Below, in pieces: positions 18,328 to 29,841 of a DNA stretch of 64,000 nucleotides (positions within the stretch are counted from its first letter, which is position 1; each line of letters opens with the position of its first letter). The notes under the pieces were generated by a model. The model was not told the origin of the DNA. It did no database searches and saw only the letters and a program-made list of their open reading frames with translations. The stretch covers positions 26,206 to 90,205 of the IMG/VR virus record IMGVR_UViG_3300045141_000107. One strand, written 5' to 3'. A program made the position numbers and the translations under genes. This stretch comes from a virus.

Positions 18328-18629
18328 GCCAAACCCACTATGCGCATAACAAACGTGAGATCGATGGCATCCAGTGCCGAATCCAAACTGCTAACTGCGG
18401 CCTTCAACGCATCCTCCTGATCACCAGTGAAATTGTACGGCGAAACCTTCAAATCGGTAGCAGCACAGAACCGTGCATCTTGATCTATTGCGACTTTCGC
18501 CGCAAGGAAATCACTGAGGTGTTTGCCAATAACCGCGTTGACCTCGTCTGGGCTACGTGGGTTTCCACCTACTGTTGTTGGTGATTGCCCAGGAGGAGTG
18601 GGAAACGTTGGGTAAGTTGGGAAAGTCAT
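18324..18629 (-). CDS. putative tail-fibre chaperone, paralogue of 22570..22845
   Basis: full-length alignment to 22570..22845 by eye; follows a fibre gene. Confidence 0.55.
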   Translation of the reverse strand: MTFPTYPTFPTPPGQSPTTVGGNPRSPDEVNAVIGKHLSDFLAAKVAIDQDARFCAATDLKVSPYNFTGDQEDALKAAVSSLDSALDAIDLTFVMRIVGLA

Positions 18630-21436
18630 ACGTTTAGTTTCTCCTCTAGTTCTTCAACACGTGCATTGAGTGTTCGTACAGCGTCCCACAAGATAGGTAC
18701 CAGTGCACCATAATTGATACCCACCGGCTCATTTGTGTCCGGATCCAGACCAACGACTTCAGGAACAACCTCGACCATTTCCTCAGCAATAAAGCCAACC
18801 GATGGTCGGGCAAATATTTGTTTCTGACGTCTGTCGTTGATAGTATAACGCACAGGTCGCACGCGCTCATCAGCAATCAACGACATTCCATCACGGAGCG
18901 TCTTGATGTTTGACTTGTTCTTTAGTGTTGATGGATTGTGGAAACCAGCCAGATCTACATAACCCATGCTCGTACCATCCCAAGCACGATGCCATTGACA
19001 CCAGGCGTCATAGACGTAAATCTTCATCTGGTTGGTGCTGGTCGGACGGAAGATGCGGACGTTGTCGTCAATGAACCTTAGGCCGCTCGTTGTGTTGCGG
19101 ATGATGCCGACGTCGCAACTCATTTCGTTCGGAGACCACATGCGCGGCTGGACGTTGACCCAGGTGCCGTCCCAGTACAGACCAACGGCTGAGTTATTTG
19201 CCATCCAGTAGTAGCTACCAGAGGTACCAATACCAGACGTGCCGTAGGCACGCATCCATGTCCCGTCGTAATTCCAGTACACCCCGCCGTTGTTGCTGAA
19301 CCCGTAGCTTCCGCTGTTCAGCATGATACCGTGTGAGGCGTGAATCCACGTGCCGTCCCAGCCGCCCAGGTAGATTGCCCCGTTACCGTTGAAGTAGAAA
19401 CCACCCCACGACATCACGTTCATATTCACAGCCTGGAAGTAGCTGCCACCATCCCAGTTGATATAGTAGCTACCGTTGTTCTTGAAATAGATTGGTCCCG
19501 TGCCCACGTCCATGCCGTTGAGGACCGCGTAGGGAGCGCTGATCTGCCCCGAACTGAGCGTGCCCGCGATACTCACCGTGCTGCCGAAGGTGGCCGCGCC
19601 GTCCTCTTGGAACGGACCAGCGATGTATACGTACCCGTCGTCACGGGTGTAGAAGATGTTCCGTGTCGCTGCCGCATTGACGTGCTGATAACCAATAGTG
19701 GCGCTCGTCTCCCCGAAGCCGACCATGCGAACGCCGTAGCCAGACATCGGTGCGGTGCGGATACCGATGCTGCCACCCAGGTCGATGGTCATCTTGGTGG
19801 TCTGCGCCAATGCGCCAGTACCCGCCGCCGACGTCTGGAAGAGGATGCCGCCAGTGCTGGCGATGACGACTGTCGAACCTGCCGTGGTGTCCCAGCGCTG
19901 CCAGGTGGTACCGTCCCAGTAAGCGTTGCCGCCGACGTGCGTGCCCTGCTTCGAGGACAGGAACAGGTAGCCGTCGCTGCTCTCGATGCTCAGGTGCGCC
20001 GCGTTGTTGACGGGGTTGCGGATGACCTCGTTTGCGCTGCCCAGGAACATGCTCGCGCCCGCCGTGCCTGACTGGCTGACACCCCACAGCCACCGGATTC
20101 CAGTGACGGGGTTCGCATGGGCGGGCGCGATGGCCACCGCAGCGCCACCTGCGCTCAGGTTGAGGTAAGCGGTCGGGTTCGCCACGGTGTAGGCCTGGAA
20201 GTTCGTGCCGTCGAAGTAGGCGTTCATCGAGGCCCAGACGCCCGCGCCGTACGAGCCGACCGCCGTGGGGATGAAGTTGATCGAACCAGCCGACGGGCTG
20301 AGGAGGTTTCGCGACAGATACAGGTCTCGGATGCGCTGCGAGCTCGTACCGATATCCTTGGTATTGTCGGTAGACGGCAGGAAGTTGCTACCGCTCATCG
20401 AAAAGTACGGCGTACTGGCCGACCCGAAGATCATCGAGCCAAAGTTACTGCCCACGAGATACGCACCTGAGGTCGCGGACACACCAAGCGACACCTGCTG
20501 AGTACCTGAGTTAGTCACTACTGACGTACCCACATACACTGTACGAGGCCTGTTTGCTCCAGATGCGCCGATATCTACAGTATTATCAGGTTGAAACCGC
20601 AGACCACCCGTCATAGTTTTAGTACCATCTTGACGGACGTACATGGTATCTGCCATTCCGTCTGTCAGATAAGTACCACCAGGAGCACCAGAAATAATGG
20701 CATAACGCGCATCACCCTCCGCCATTGTCAGATACTGAGGGTGTGGGTCAATGTTGGCTACATGGGTTGCATCACCAGTAGTTGCCGCACCCAACACATC
20801 ATATCGCGCATCTGCCAAAATCTGTGTTAGAAGTGGACTCTCTGCACCACTGGTATCCTTCAAATACAGCTTATGGTCGCTCTTACCATACAGCCGCAAG
20901 AAACCAGTGTTGGGAGTCACTGGTGATGCGATCTCTGCAAACTGCCCAAAGGTACCAATGTTGACGTTCTGGTCTATTGTCAGTTGTGCACCAGAAAGAC
21001 GTAACCTGCCAGGCATCTCTTTGTATAGAGTTTCCCCATCACCTTCAGGCGTCCATCTATATGTGTTGGCAACTATGCCATCAGCAGTGATCTTTCCAGA
21101 TGCTGCAATGTTCTGGACAGAAAGACCAGCATTGATTGACAATGCACCACTGAGTATTCCACCAGTAAGCCGCAAGTACCGTGCATCACTCTGGGCCTGA
21201 GACATACCGCTAATGACTATCTCGTTACCAGCAGAATCCAACTGGTAAAACTTTCCATCCGATTTTGGATATAGTCTCAGGCTACCCGCTGGTGGATTAG
21301 TTGGTGTAGCGATCTGCTGCTGCTCAAAGTAGGTAGGCGCAAGGAGTGCACCAGGCAACGTCAGAGGCGTAGCAAGCTCTGTACCATCCCAAGGGAAATC
21401 CTTAAGCATACCATTGGCGACTTGTTGCTTCGTCAT
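18626..21436 (-). CDS. tail fibre with C-terminal intramolecular chaperone (peptidase S74)
   Basis: 936 aa Gly/Ser/Thr-rich; STLKNKSNI...GFIAEEM...INYGALVPILWDAVR + coiled coil. Confidence 0.85.
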   Translation of the reverse strand: MTKQQVANGMLKDFPWDGTELATPLTLPGALLAPTYFEQQQIATPTNPPAGSLRLYPKSDGKFYQLDSAGNEIVISGMSQAQSDARYLRLTGGILSGALSINAGLSVQNIAASGKITADGIVANTYRWTPEGDGETLYKEMPGRLRLSGAQLTIDQNVNIGTFGQFAEIASPVTPNTGFLRLYGKSDHKLYLKDTSGAESPLLTQILADARYDVLGAATTGDATHVANIDPHPQYLTMAEGDARYAIISGAPGGTYLTDGMADTMYVRQDGTKTMTGGLRFQPDNTVDIGASGANRPRTVYVGTSVVTNSGTQQVSLGVSATSGAYLVGSNFGSMIFGSASTPYFSMSGSNFLPSTDNTKDIGTSSQRIRDLYLSRNLLSPSAGSINFIPTAVGSYGAGVWASMNAYFDGTNFQAYTVANPTAYLNLSAGGAAVAIAPAHANPVTGIRWLWGVSQSGTAGASMFLGSANEVIRNPVNNAAHLSIESSDGYLFLSSKQGTHVGGNAYWDGTTWQRWDTTAGSTVVIASTGGILFQTSAAGTGALAQTTKMTIDLGGSIGIRTAPMSGYGVRMVGFGETSATIGYQHVNAAATRNIFYTRDDGYVYIAGPFQEDGAATFGSTVSIAGTLSSGQISAPYAVLNGMDVGTGPIYFKNNGSYYINWDGGSYFQAVNMNVMSWGGFYFNGNGAIYLGGWDGTWIHASHGIMLNSGSYGFSNNGGVYWNYDGTWMRAYGTSGIGTSGSYYWMANNSAVGLYWDGTWVNVQPRMWSPNEMSCDVGIIRNTTSGLRFIDDNVRIFRPTSTNQMKIYVYDAWCQWHRAWDGTSMGYVDLAGFHNPSTLKNKSNIKTLRDGMSLIADERVRPVRYTINDRRQKQIFARPSVGFIAEEMVEVVPEVVGLDPDTNEPVGINYGALVPILWDAVRTLNARVEELEEKLNV

Positions 21437-22545
21437 GGCATATTCACTGGATTGAATTGGACAGTTGAGTCTCTATATGCTACGTAGTCCACGTTTTCCT
21501 CGCCTTCCTCCACCACTAGTTCAAATTCCGCTTGGTCCCATAATACCATAGGATAGTTGCCTGCCCTAGTAAAAGTAGATCCGTTCCAGAGAACTAGTGC
21601 TGTGTTGGTTGGTATAACAGACGCCGTAGCCCTTCCATTTGCATTACCAACTATAGCTCTCGTTCTTAGGATCGTTACACCACTAGTTACAGCTACACCA
21701 TCGGATAAGCCAAGCAGCGGTCTCTTTCTAAGTAATGCCGTAACAGAAACTACAGCAATTCCATCAGAAGAAGCCACAAGACTACGGTAGCGCCGTATGA
21801 CAGCACTAGCACTAGCGCTACCAACTGCTCTAGACGGTATCAGCGTTATCTCACGGCTTATTACACCCGTTGTTACCGCTACACCAGCGCTAGCAGCAAC
21901 AAGAGGTCTCTTACGCCCTATAAGACCACTAACGCTAGCAACACCAGAAGCAATGCCTATTAGTGATGCTTTGGTATTAGAAATTATTCCTGATGCTGTC
22001 GAACTACCAGAGGAAGATGCTTCAAGTGATCGTTCTGCAGTTATAATCCCTGATACTGTCGACCCACCAGAAGAAACTACTAAAAGTGATCTTCCGGCAG
22101 ATATATCCCCCGATGCTGTCGCTTCACCAGAGGAAGAAACTACAAGTAATCGCTTAGCAGAAATCTCCCCAAGTGTTGTCGCACTACCAGACGAAGATAC
22201 TGCAAACAGTCGGTTAGCGGAAATTGTGCCAACTGCTGTGGATTTACCAGAGGACGATACTACAAGTGACCGTCTTGCAGATATCGTCCCAACATCTGTG
22301 GCTACACCTACAGATAAGACAGTTAGTGCACGTTTCCCTGTAAGCTGCCCTACATCAGTAGCAGTACCAGCAGATGTTCCTGTAAGAGCTCGCCTACTTG
22401 TGACTGTAGCTGTTGTCGCACCAATACCATTAGCAACACCAGTTAGATCACGCGGACCACCGAGAACAGGAAACGGAGATCCTGGGGTAATTACCCCAGG
22501 CGTGCTGAACGGTGTACCGAGTATCCCTGTAGATGGTAAGGGCAC
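21433..22545 (-). CDS. Ser/Ala/Gly-rich 21-aa tandem repeat structural protein
   Basis: repeats RxLxVSSSGxxTxxGxISA (63-bp units, ~21960-22400). Confidence 0.6.
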   Translation of the reverse strand: MPLPSTGILGTPFSTPGVITPGSPFPVLGGPRDLTGVANGIGATTATVTSRRALTGTSAGTATDVGQLTGKRALTVLSVGVATDVGTISARRSLVVSSSGKSTAVGTISANRLFAVSSSGSATTLGEISAKRLLVVSSSGEATASGDISAGRSLLVVSSGGSTVSGIITAERSLEASSSGSSTASGIISNTKASLIGIASGVASVSGLIGRKRPLVAASAGVAVTTGVISREITLIPSRAVGSASASAVIRRYRSLVASSDGIAVVSVTALLRKRPLLGLSDGVAVTSGVTILRTRAIVGNANGRATASVIPTNTALVLWNGSTFTRAGNYPMVLWDQAEFELVVEEGEENVDYVAYRDSTVQFNPVNMP

Positions 22546-22569
22546 GCCACTATCTCAAGTTGACAGTTT

Positions 22570-22845
22570 CTAGAACATTCCCACAATGCGAGAAATGAAT
22601 GTCAAGTCAACTGTCTGGAGTGAAGTGTTGAGCTGCGCAATCGCCGTTTTGATCTCTGTCTCCTGATCTGCTGTAAACCCGTATGGTGCAGCCTTCAGGT
22701 CCGTCGCAGCCATAAAGTTCTGGTCTTGCTCGATAGTTGCTTTCGCAGCCAGGAACCCCTTGAGGTGTGTACCAACCAGACCATTTACCTCATCAGCATT
22801 CCGAGGATTGGTACCTATCGTGGTGGGAGCCGGAGGTATCGTCAT
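22570..22845 (-). CDS. putative tail-fibre chaperone, paralogue of 18324..18629
   Basis: shared NPR..DEVN, FLAAK, AATDLK..PY.FT.DQE, DLTF..RIVG. Confidence 0.55.
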   Translation of the reverse strand: MTIPPAPTTIGTNPRNADEVNGLVGTHLKGFLAAKATIEQDQNFMAATDLKAAPYGFTADQETEIKTAIAQLNTSLQTVDLTFISRIVGMF

Positions 22846-25800
22846 GCTTTCTTCTCCAATTCTTTTACTTGTGTTTCCAATTCCAAGATGCGAGTATCTG
22901 CTGTCGTGACATATTCCTTGAACGCCTGGAGTAGAATCGCCGTAACTTGTTGATAGTCCATGCTACGCGGTAACCCATCTGCGTCATGATCGACTACATC
23001 TGGTGCGATGCGCTCCCACGGCTCAGCAATCAACCCGTACTTTGGCACATCTTTCTCCACTTGCTGTGGTGGATTGTAGAGGAAATGCGTTCCCTCCACT
23101 TCTGGATCCATCACCATAGCTAGCGCATCGGTAATCTTGGTAATGTTCTTCTTGTAACGTCGGGATGAGTTGGTGGTGATCCCATTGCACAAAATGCCTG
23201 TGAATCCGAAGACGTTGAAATTAGGGTAACTCTGTTGAACACCAACAGTGAAATTGGGGTGCATGTACAGATGTGACGCACCGCCACCTAGAACAAGATC
23301 ACCATTACCAGAGTTCGCGATAACTGCCTGTTGTCCACCTACAGCAGTGGCTGTAAGAACCGCACCACTGATAGAAATGGGACCACAAGTAATTTGAGTG
23401 GCAGTCCCTCCAGCATTCTGAACAACCAGTCCATTTGCTGAACGAAGATAGAAGTATCCGGACGATGTTACCAGATAAGAGTTGGCATCAGGCAAATAGA
23501 TGTAATTGCCAGTAACCGTAAGCGAGCCATCTATGAGTAGATTGTTTATATAGAAACGGTACTGACTGCCATCATAACCGACGTAATGGTTACTGTCGCC
23601 CAGAAATACGTAGCCTGTGACAGGGTTGCCACCGCGGCTTACATTGAGATCACCTGCAATCGGCCAACCACCCCCAAATGATGGACCAGTAGAGAAGCTA
23701 GCCGCATGGACGCTGGCACCGAAGTTTCCATTACCAACAGAGTCCACGGTCAGCATATTTGTCCACCCAGAAATTGGATTAGCTCCGGACGGAACAGCAT
23801 AGATGGCAAATGTAGTGTTGGTTACACCGCCAAAGTTGATGTGCATCGCTCCGTTTGCGGTGGTGAACCGTTGCCAGTTGGTGCCATCATAGTAGGCGTT
23901 ACTTCCGATCAGTACCGAGTTCTTTCCTTGAAGTTGAGCATATCCGTCTGCGCTCTCGATACTAATCGAAGCCGAGGAGTTGACAGAGTTGCGAATGGTT
24001 TGGTTAAGACTGCCGATGTATACCTGCTGCCCAAAGAAACTATTACCCAGATTGTAAAGGCTATAGTTGGCACTGCTCGCACCAGAAGTGGCCTGAAGGT
24101 AGATTCCGTATGCGTTCGTCTTTCCAGTGCCACCCTGGTTCACAACGTTGATACCGCGCACATTGGTTATCGTTGTGCCAGTACCAGGGATAGGCCCGTC
24201 GACGTAGAACCCAGTCACAAGAGGAGCGGTATAGCTGCCGTTGGCCGTGCCGACTTGCACTGCTACGCCGATGATCTGTGCCGTTCCCGTGGCATCACCG
24301 TTGACCCTGAAGTACATGCCATTCTGGGTCGCTGAACCAGTCAGGTTTCCGCCAACATTGAGCATGGTGGCCGAGTTGGGACCCACACCCATGCCGTTGT
24401 CGAGGGACATGGTGCCGTTGAAGATCGAGACGACACCACTGATGGCAACGTAGCGGGTGTTGTCCACCCACGGGTCGTTATTGATCCCCACCCGCCCAGT
24501 CAAGCGCGTAGTACCTTCGTTGCGCAGACCGATATTGGTGGTCGTAGCACCGGATTGCGCCGCTATATAGACACCATAAGCGTTAGTCACGCCCGACTTG
24601 CCTTGGTTAGCAGCGTAGTACCCGAACATACTGGTGACCGTTACACCCGAACCAAGTGTCGGGGAATCGGCGTAGAAACTAGCTCCTGATGCTACGGTGC
24701 GCGTGCTGGCAGCAAATGTCGGAAGCGTATAGAAGACGAAGTTATTGCCAGTTCCAGTGGTACTGAACGTCAGTGGGGCATACAGCGCGAACTGATTCGC
24801 TCCTGACATGGTGGGCTGGAAGATCAGACCGGAGTATGTGACCGGAGCCACACCAATACCTAGCGTGCCGCTGATCTGGCTAGTGCCACCGATGATCTCG
24901 TTGCGACCCAGGTAGAAATCACGAGGCCTGTTCGCGCCGGACGCCCCGATGTCATAGACGTTGTCGGTCAGCGTCATGAAGTGGCCCGCAGTAGAGATCT
25001 GCCACTGCGAAGCAAACGCTGTTCCAAAGGACAGGGACCCAGATGCCGACTGGAACAGCGGGGTGTAGATCCCAGTCGCTGTCTGGAAGAAGCCAGCAGC
25101 GTAGATGTTTCTAGGGCGCAGGGTTGTAGAGGTTGCGCCTATATCATATGTATTGTCCGGAGAGAACGTCAGGTTCTGGGCCAATGGTAGGGTAATCCCA
25201 CCGCCGGAGATCGTGGTCCAGGTCAGAGCGTAATCAGAATTACTCGACTTCGAGAGGACCTGGCCTGTGGTGCCGCCGGTAGGGATAGAGCCCGGACCAA
25301 TGAAACTTGTCGCAGCGTAGATCGTCCGGGGCCGGTTCGCTCCGCTGGCACCAATATCGTAAGTGTTATCAGCGCCCGCGAGCAGGGCAGTGTTGGAGAT
25401 CTGCCAGCGCGTCACGTTATTGGTACGAAAGTTCAGGACATTATTCGTCGTTGGGCCGACGGTCAAAGCAACGCCCTGAGAGTCAATGGAAGGCGTAACC
25501 ACACTAGACGCTGCGTAGATACTGCGCGGGCGGTTAGCCGCCACTGCTCCAATATCATACGTGTTGTCTGGGCTAAACGTCAGGTTTTGACTTAGTGGAA
25601 ACGTTGTACCCGCAGCATTCTTCAGACTATTCTGTGTGATAACTGCTGAGATACTAGCACCAGTAGACCAAGCACGTGCAGTCTGATCACCATTGTATGG
25701 CTCTACCGCACGTGTAACGGTCAAAGTATCTGTGCCTTGCCCACCCGTGACATATACCAGTTCGTAAGGGCCATTGGAGGGATCTTGACAAATTACGGCA

Positions 25801-25925
25801 CGGTATTCACCACCTGTAGGCCACTTGGTCGCATCAGAAGTGACAATGCGCAACGTTGTAGCGCCAGATGTGAGATCAGCAGCAAGGCTACTACGAAGAC
25901 CATTGCCAGGTAGAATCTCTGCCAT
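22842..25925 (-). CDS. tail fibre with C-terminal intramolecular chaperone (peptidase S74)
   Basis: 1027 aa; DNTYDIGA repeats; SSRRYKKNI...GLIAE...MDYQQVTAILLQAFKE. Confidence 0.85.
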   Translation of the reverse strand: MAEILPGNGLRSSLAADLTSGATTLRIVTSDATKWPTGGEYRAVICQDPSNGPYELVYVTGGQGTDTLTVTRAVEPYNGDQTARAWSTGASISAVITQNSLKNAAGTTFPLSQNLTFSPDNTYDIGAVAANRPRSIYAASSVVTPSIDSQGVALTVGPTTNNVLNFRTNNVTRWQISNTALLAGADNTYDIGASGANRPRTIYAATSFIGPGSIPTGGTTGQVLSKSSNSDYALTWTTISGGGITLPLAQNLTFSPDNTYDIGATSTTLRPRNIYAAGFFQTATGIYTPLFQSASGSLSFGTAFASQWQISTAGHFMTLTDNVYDIGASGANRPRDFYLGRNEIIGGTSQISGTLGIGVAPVTYSGLIFQPTMSGANQFALYAPLTFSTTGTGNNFVFYTLPTFAASTRTVASGASFYADSPTLGSGVTVTSMFGYYAANQGKSGVTNAYGVYIAAQSGATTTNIGLRNEGTTRLTGRVGINNDPWVDNTRYVAISGVVSIFNGTMSLDNGMGVGPNSATMLNVGGNLTGSATQNGMYFRVNGDATGTAQIIGVAVQVGTANGSYTAPLVTGFYVDGPIPGTGTTITNVRGINVVNQGGTGKTNAYGIYLQATSGASSANYSLYNLGNSFFGQQVYIGSLNQTIRNSVNSSASISIESADGYAQLQGKNSVLIGSNAYYDGTNWQRFTTANGAMHINFGGVTNTTFAIYAVPSGANPISGWTNMLTVDSVGNGNFGASVHAASFSTGPSFGGGWPIAGDLNVSRGGNPVTGYVFLGDSNHYVGYDGSQYRFYINNLLIDGSLTVTGNYIYLPDANSYLVTSSGYFYLRSANGLVVQNAGGTATQITCGPISISGAVLTATAVGGQQAVIANSGNGDLVLGGGASHLYMHPNFTVGVQQSYPNFNVFGFTGILCNGITTNSSRRYKKNITKITDALAMVMDPEVEGTHFLYNPPQQVEKDVPKYGLIAEPWERIAPDVVDHDADGLPRSMDYQQVTAILLQAFKEYVTTADTRILELETQVKELEKKA

Positions 25926-26332
25926 CAGTCTTCAGTTATTGTCAAAGCCCCAGGAGCAAACCGAGGGATGTCACCGACACTCATTGCCGTGCTAGGGCAA
26001 TCACCCCAATACAGTTGGTTACCACCGCTGGCGGCGTCGCAGATAGCCCAGCCGACGACCGTGTAGGGTGCGGCTGTAACAGCAGCGAATGCTACTTCCG
26101 CAGCATTTGTCACGGTATTGGATCCTGGTGTATGTGTCCATCCAGCAGCAGCAACCGCTTGTCGAACATAAGAAGAACCAACTACCTCAGTACCAGCCGT
26201 AGTATCACTAGGCACTGCCGTGTAGAGGGCGACGTATACCGTTGACAATGCAGTCAAGGCAGGTGTCGCACCACCTTTGAACAGATGGTCGATTAACCTG
26301 GATTCAAATGCATCTGTTTTTGAACCAGCCAT
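25925..26332 (-). CDS. conserved phage tail / fibre-associated protein
   Basis: YVALYTA.P, EV.G..Y.RQ, DAASGGN.L, GD...F..GAL motifs. Confidence 0.65.
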   Translation of the reverse strand: MAGSKTDAFESRLIDHLFKGGATPALTALSTVYVALYTAVPSDTTAGTEVVGSSYVRQAVAAAGWTHTPGSNTVTNAAEVAFAAVTAAPYTVVGWAICDAASGGNQLYWGDCPSTAMSVGDIPRFAPGALTITED

Positions 26333-26341
26333 TAGTTCTCC

Positions 26342-27613
26342 TTACGATGGTGGTGGTGGACCGCCCGGATCTAGTTTTGCCATGATGACCTTGAGATAAT
26401 CACGCAGTTCTGCATCTACCGCTGGACCTTGTGCTGTTGCTGCCTGTGGTGGCGGTACTCCACCTGGATCTAGTATCGACATCAAGTTCTGTACGTAAAT
26501 ACGCAATTGTGTGTCGGCACCAACCATCGTAGCGGCACCATATGAGATTATAACACGTTCGGTACCATTGAATGGCTCACTGAAAGTTACTGTGTTGCCA
26601 CCGTCCGTCAGCATATAGTTGCCATCGACAATTGACTGAACCACGCCGCCTCTGGCCACAAACAGCAAGACGATAGCTGGCATACTAAGATGAACAACAG
26701 TATCACCAGCAAGTGGAACAAATTCCTCGTGAGCACCAGTCGATGTTGCCCCTGGCGTACCCATTACGCCTTGTGGTCCTGGATCCCCCTTAGGTCCAGG
26801 ATTCCCCTGTGGTCCAGTGGGTCCAGTAGCACCAGGCTGTCCCTGTGGCCCGGTCTTCCCATCGAACCCTTGTGGACCCATCAAGCCCTGTGGACCTCTA
26901 GGTCCTTCTGGGCCTTCGTTACCCCTGGGGCCTAGATCGCCTTTGGGTCCAGTAGCGCCAGCAGGACCAGCTAGGCCAGTTGGTCCAGGATTACCTTGCG
27001 GGCCAGCAGGTCCCGCAGGTCCAGGCACGGTGCTGTCTTTTCCGGGAGGGCCAGAAGTACCGGGAGGGCCTGCGGGACCAGCGGGTCCGGGAGGTCCGAC
27101 TATAACGTCGTCGGCTATTTCCGAATTGTTAACATAAACATTATCACCGTTGACGTTAGTAGTACCGCCACTAACATTAGTGATACCACCAACCAGATTA
27201 ATCGTGACTTTTCCAGTTACAGGATCCTCTATAACTTCCAGACCAGCAAACTCACCACCAGCTCTGTCGTTGTTCAGGCCAAACCGAGCACGATATATCT
27301 GGTCTGCACTGGTACGGGTCTTGAACAGGATAACCCAACGCCTCTTGGACAGAGGGGCCATAACAACCGTGTCGCCAGTTGTTATGAACAGATCCTCTGG
27401 TATAAGCAAGTCACCCTTGGAATGGTCAAAGATCATCGGGCCACCCATGGAAGACTCACCATCCATGGATATCGTGATCTCTGGCAAAGCAGTGAGGACA
27501 ACACCAGTTCTGAGGACAAGCCCTGTGCCCGTAAGGGCATTCATCTTGTCCTCTTGATCTGCAATGTTACGCAGAAGGTTTAGAAACTTCTGCGGCCCAT
27601 CTATCGTGGTCAT
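26342..27613 (-). CDS. baseplate spike-position protein with collagen-like G-X-Y repeats
   Basis: follows the hub gene; OB-fold-like N-terminus; long GPxGPx tract. Confidence 0.6.
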   Translation of the reverse strand: MTTIDGPQKFLNLLRNIADQEDKMNALTGTGLVLRTGVVLTALPEITISMDGESSMGGPMIFDHSKGDLLIPEDLFITTGDTVVMAPLSKRRWVILFKTRTSADQIYRARFGLNNDRAGGEFAGLEVIEDPVTGKVTINLVGGITNVSGGTTNVNGDNVYVNNSEIADDVIVGPPGPAGPAGPPGTSGPPGKDSTVPGPAGPAGPQGNPGPTGLAGPAGATGPKGDLGPRGNEGPEGPRGPQGLMGPQGFDGKTGPQGQPGATGPTGPQGNPGPKGDPGPQGVMGTPGATSTGAHEEFVPLAGDTVVHLSMPAIVLLFVARGGVVQSIVDGNYMLTDGGNTVTFSEPFNGTERVIISYGAATMVGADTQLRIYVQNLMSILDPGGVPPPQAATAQGPAVDAELRDYLKVIMAKLDPGGPPPPS

Positions 27614-29841
27614 TAGTTGGGAATCCTATTGAGCACGGTCTGTTTCCACGCAGGCCACTGCGGACCAGGACACTCTGTTGAATAAGCATCCTTGTGGCCT
27701 TCTACAGTAAGCTTCCTACCAATCTTCTTCTGGCAGTAGCCGATAGCATTAGCCATACCTGTCATCTGCTCGTCATTAGGTGCTACGTCACCAGCATAAC
27801 AGATACCGACATAGGTCTGGTTCCTACCGCTAGCCGCACTGTGCCAACACGCTACATTGAGGTCCCATGCCATAGACGTCTTACCATCTTGCTCGACAAA
27901 GAACGTGTATGCCAGACCTGGGAACGGAGTGTTGTTACCAGTTTGTCCCCTGGCTGCTTCAGAAGTCTGATACTGAGCCACTTGGTAGGCTGTCTGGCTA
28001 GCAGGACCAGCAGTGTAGTGGAGCGTCACACCAGTAATGGCACTAATATCTCGCTGGGAGTAATTGGCTTCGTGGTTCGTGGGTAGCTGGCCTATGACGT
28101 TGACCGGCTGCCAATCTGGGGAAGTCTTCTGTGCACCAGAACCTACGATAGCACGCACATACTCCACTTTGGCATTGTACTCACCCTGTGGTGTACCACC
28201 ACCTGCTCCATTCCAGTTGGGATAGACGTGCCACTGGCGGAATCCTGCTTCACCACCACCAGCACCCTTCCAGATACCATAAGCTGCTCTGGCATTTGTA
28301 GCTGGAGCTGCCAGGACGTCTGGCCCACCATACGTCGGCCAATGTACCTCGTTGATCTGCCACAACCCTGTATCATGCCCATTGACGGGATAGGTCATGT
28401 CGCAGTTGCCGCATTCGTACAAGCTAATGGCGACCATCTTGATTGCATCGTCATTAGTCTGTACAGGCGAGAAACCAGCCGCCACAGCCAGTTGGTATCT
28501 GTCAAGGACGCTAACCGAGCCAGACATCTTGGTCCACTCACGGCCAGACGGTACAGCAGTCTGCCCGCCACTACCAGCCACGGCTGGACCAAGCAGATCG
28601 CTACCAGCAGAGCTAGCCTTCGTCTGTGCTCTAGCTGCGTAGGCTTCAGGCAGTGCATCTTCAATGTTCACCGTAAGAGACATTGAAGCTTCTTGGTCTG
28701 ATACTGTGTGGGTACCCGACTTTACGTAGTATTTACCAACCAGACCAGTAATCTCATCACGGATATGTACAGGGTCGCCAGCCCGCACCGTGTTGATATT
28801 GAAGGTGGTGATAGTACCTGTGTTCTCAAACTTCACCAACTTCTTATACAGCTTCATGCCCTGCTGTTCTGCATTAGCTCTGTCGTTACCCAGATCGAGT
28901 GCTACCTCGCCAGGTGCTTGCAGATCTACAGACTCTGAGAACATACCGTACTTGTTGACTTCTTTATCGTTTCCAGCCTCAATAACATCCTGGGCAGGCC
29001 ACTGGAAGATCAGACTTGGTCCACCACCACTACCACCCTCCAGCAGATCATTAGCAGTGCTGCCTCCAGAACTACCCTTGTAGACCCTGATGACGTTTGA
29101 GTAGTTCTCCATGCTAAAGTTGTTCTGTGAGGAGAAGATATTTCCAGGGTTGTTGTTCCAAGAGTCTGGCCCAGGCTCGAACATACCACGATTGAAGTTC
29201 CAGATGCCACTTGGTGGAGTACGCGCCACAAGCTCTACCTTGCCAGCATTCTCCTGCAACAGGAACCGTGCATCAGCATTGATGTCTCTGGTATAGGACA
29301 ACGCAGAGACCCACATGTCCCAGATGGTACGGTTCATGAACGGCTCACGCTCTAGCTGCACACCAGTGTCCATGATAGTGCCCAACGGTATACCGTAGTA
29401 TGCAGCCGTGCGCGTGATGAACTGGCTAGCCGTCTCGCTCTCAAGCATAATAGAGTCTTTATTACGCATGATGTACCACATGACGTTGTAGCCAGTAGCT
29501 TGGAGAGTGCCACCCTCTTCACTACTCAAAGTGGTCTTGGAGATAAATGCCCTCTTGAGCAGGTCCCAAGTCATCTCAAGGTTACTACCTACCGGACGTA
29601 CACCGTACCCATAGATCTTAATCCTGTCACCAGGCTTGACAAGATTAGCAATGTTCTGCGTGTGGGCAAAAGTGACGGTATAATGCTCAGCAGGTTGGTC
29701 AAGATCGTAATCCCACTGAATGGAGGTTACGATCTCAGTAAAGTCCTGGCTAGTGCCAAGGTCAGCACTAACCACCACGACCTTGTATTCACTTATCTTG
29801 AGGTCGTTGATGTTTGGGGTTTGCGTACTAAGTAGTGGCAT
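27613..29841 (-). CDS. baseplate hub (XkdQ-like) with lysozyme-like and amidase domains
   Basis: hub N-terminus; AISLYE...GLWQIN (lysozyme/SLT-like); HYTAG...WH...GHKD...ECPG (Amidase_2). Confidence 0.75.
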   Translation of the reverse strand: MPLLSTQTPNINDLKISEYKVVVVSADLGTSQDFTEIVTSIQWDYDLDQPAEHYTVTFAHTQNIANLVKPGDRIKIYGYGVRPVGSNLEMTWDLLKRAFISKTTLSSEEGGTLQATGYNVMWYIMRNKDSIMLESETASQFITRTAAYYGIPLGTIMDTGVQLEREPFMNRTIWDMWVSALSYTRDINADARFLLQENAGKVELVARTPPSGIWNFNRGMFEPGPDSWNNNPGNIFSSQNNFSMENYSNVIRVYKGSSGGSTANDLLEGGSGGGPSLIFQWPAQDVIEAGNDKEVNKYGMFSESVDLQAPGEVALDLGNDRANAEQQGMKLYKKLVKFENTGTITTFNINTVRAGDPVHIRDEITGLVGKYYVKSGTHTVSDQEASMSLTVNIEDALPEAYAARAQTKASSAGSDLLGPAVAGSGGQTAVPSGREWTKMSGSVSVLDRYQLAVAAGFSPVQTNDDAIKMVAISLYECGNCDMTYPVNGHDTGLWQINEVHWPTYGGPDVLAAPATNARAAYGIWKGAGGGEAGFRQWHVYPNWNGAGGGTPQGEYNAKVEYVRAIVGSGAQKTSPDWQPVNVIGQLPTNHEANYSQRDISAITGVTLHYTAGPASQTAYQVAQYQTSEAARGQTGNNTPFPGLAYTFFVEQDGKTSMAWDLNVACWHSAASGRNQTYVGICYAGDVAPNDEQMTGMANAIGYCQKKIGRKLTVEGHKDAYSTECPGPQWPAWKQTVLNRIPN

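Noticed and set aside
18626-25925. Diversity-generating retroelement or invertible fibre switch
   Set aside because: No reverse transcriptase or invertase gene, no near-identical template/variable repeat pair, and both fibres share one orientation
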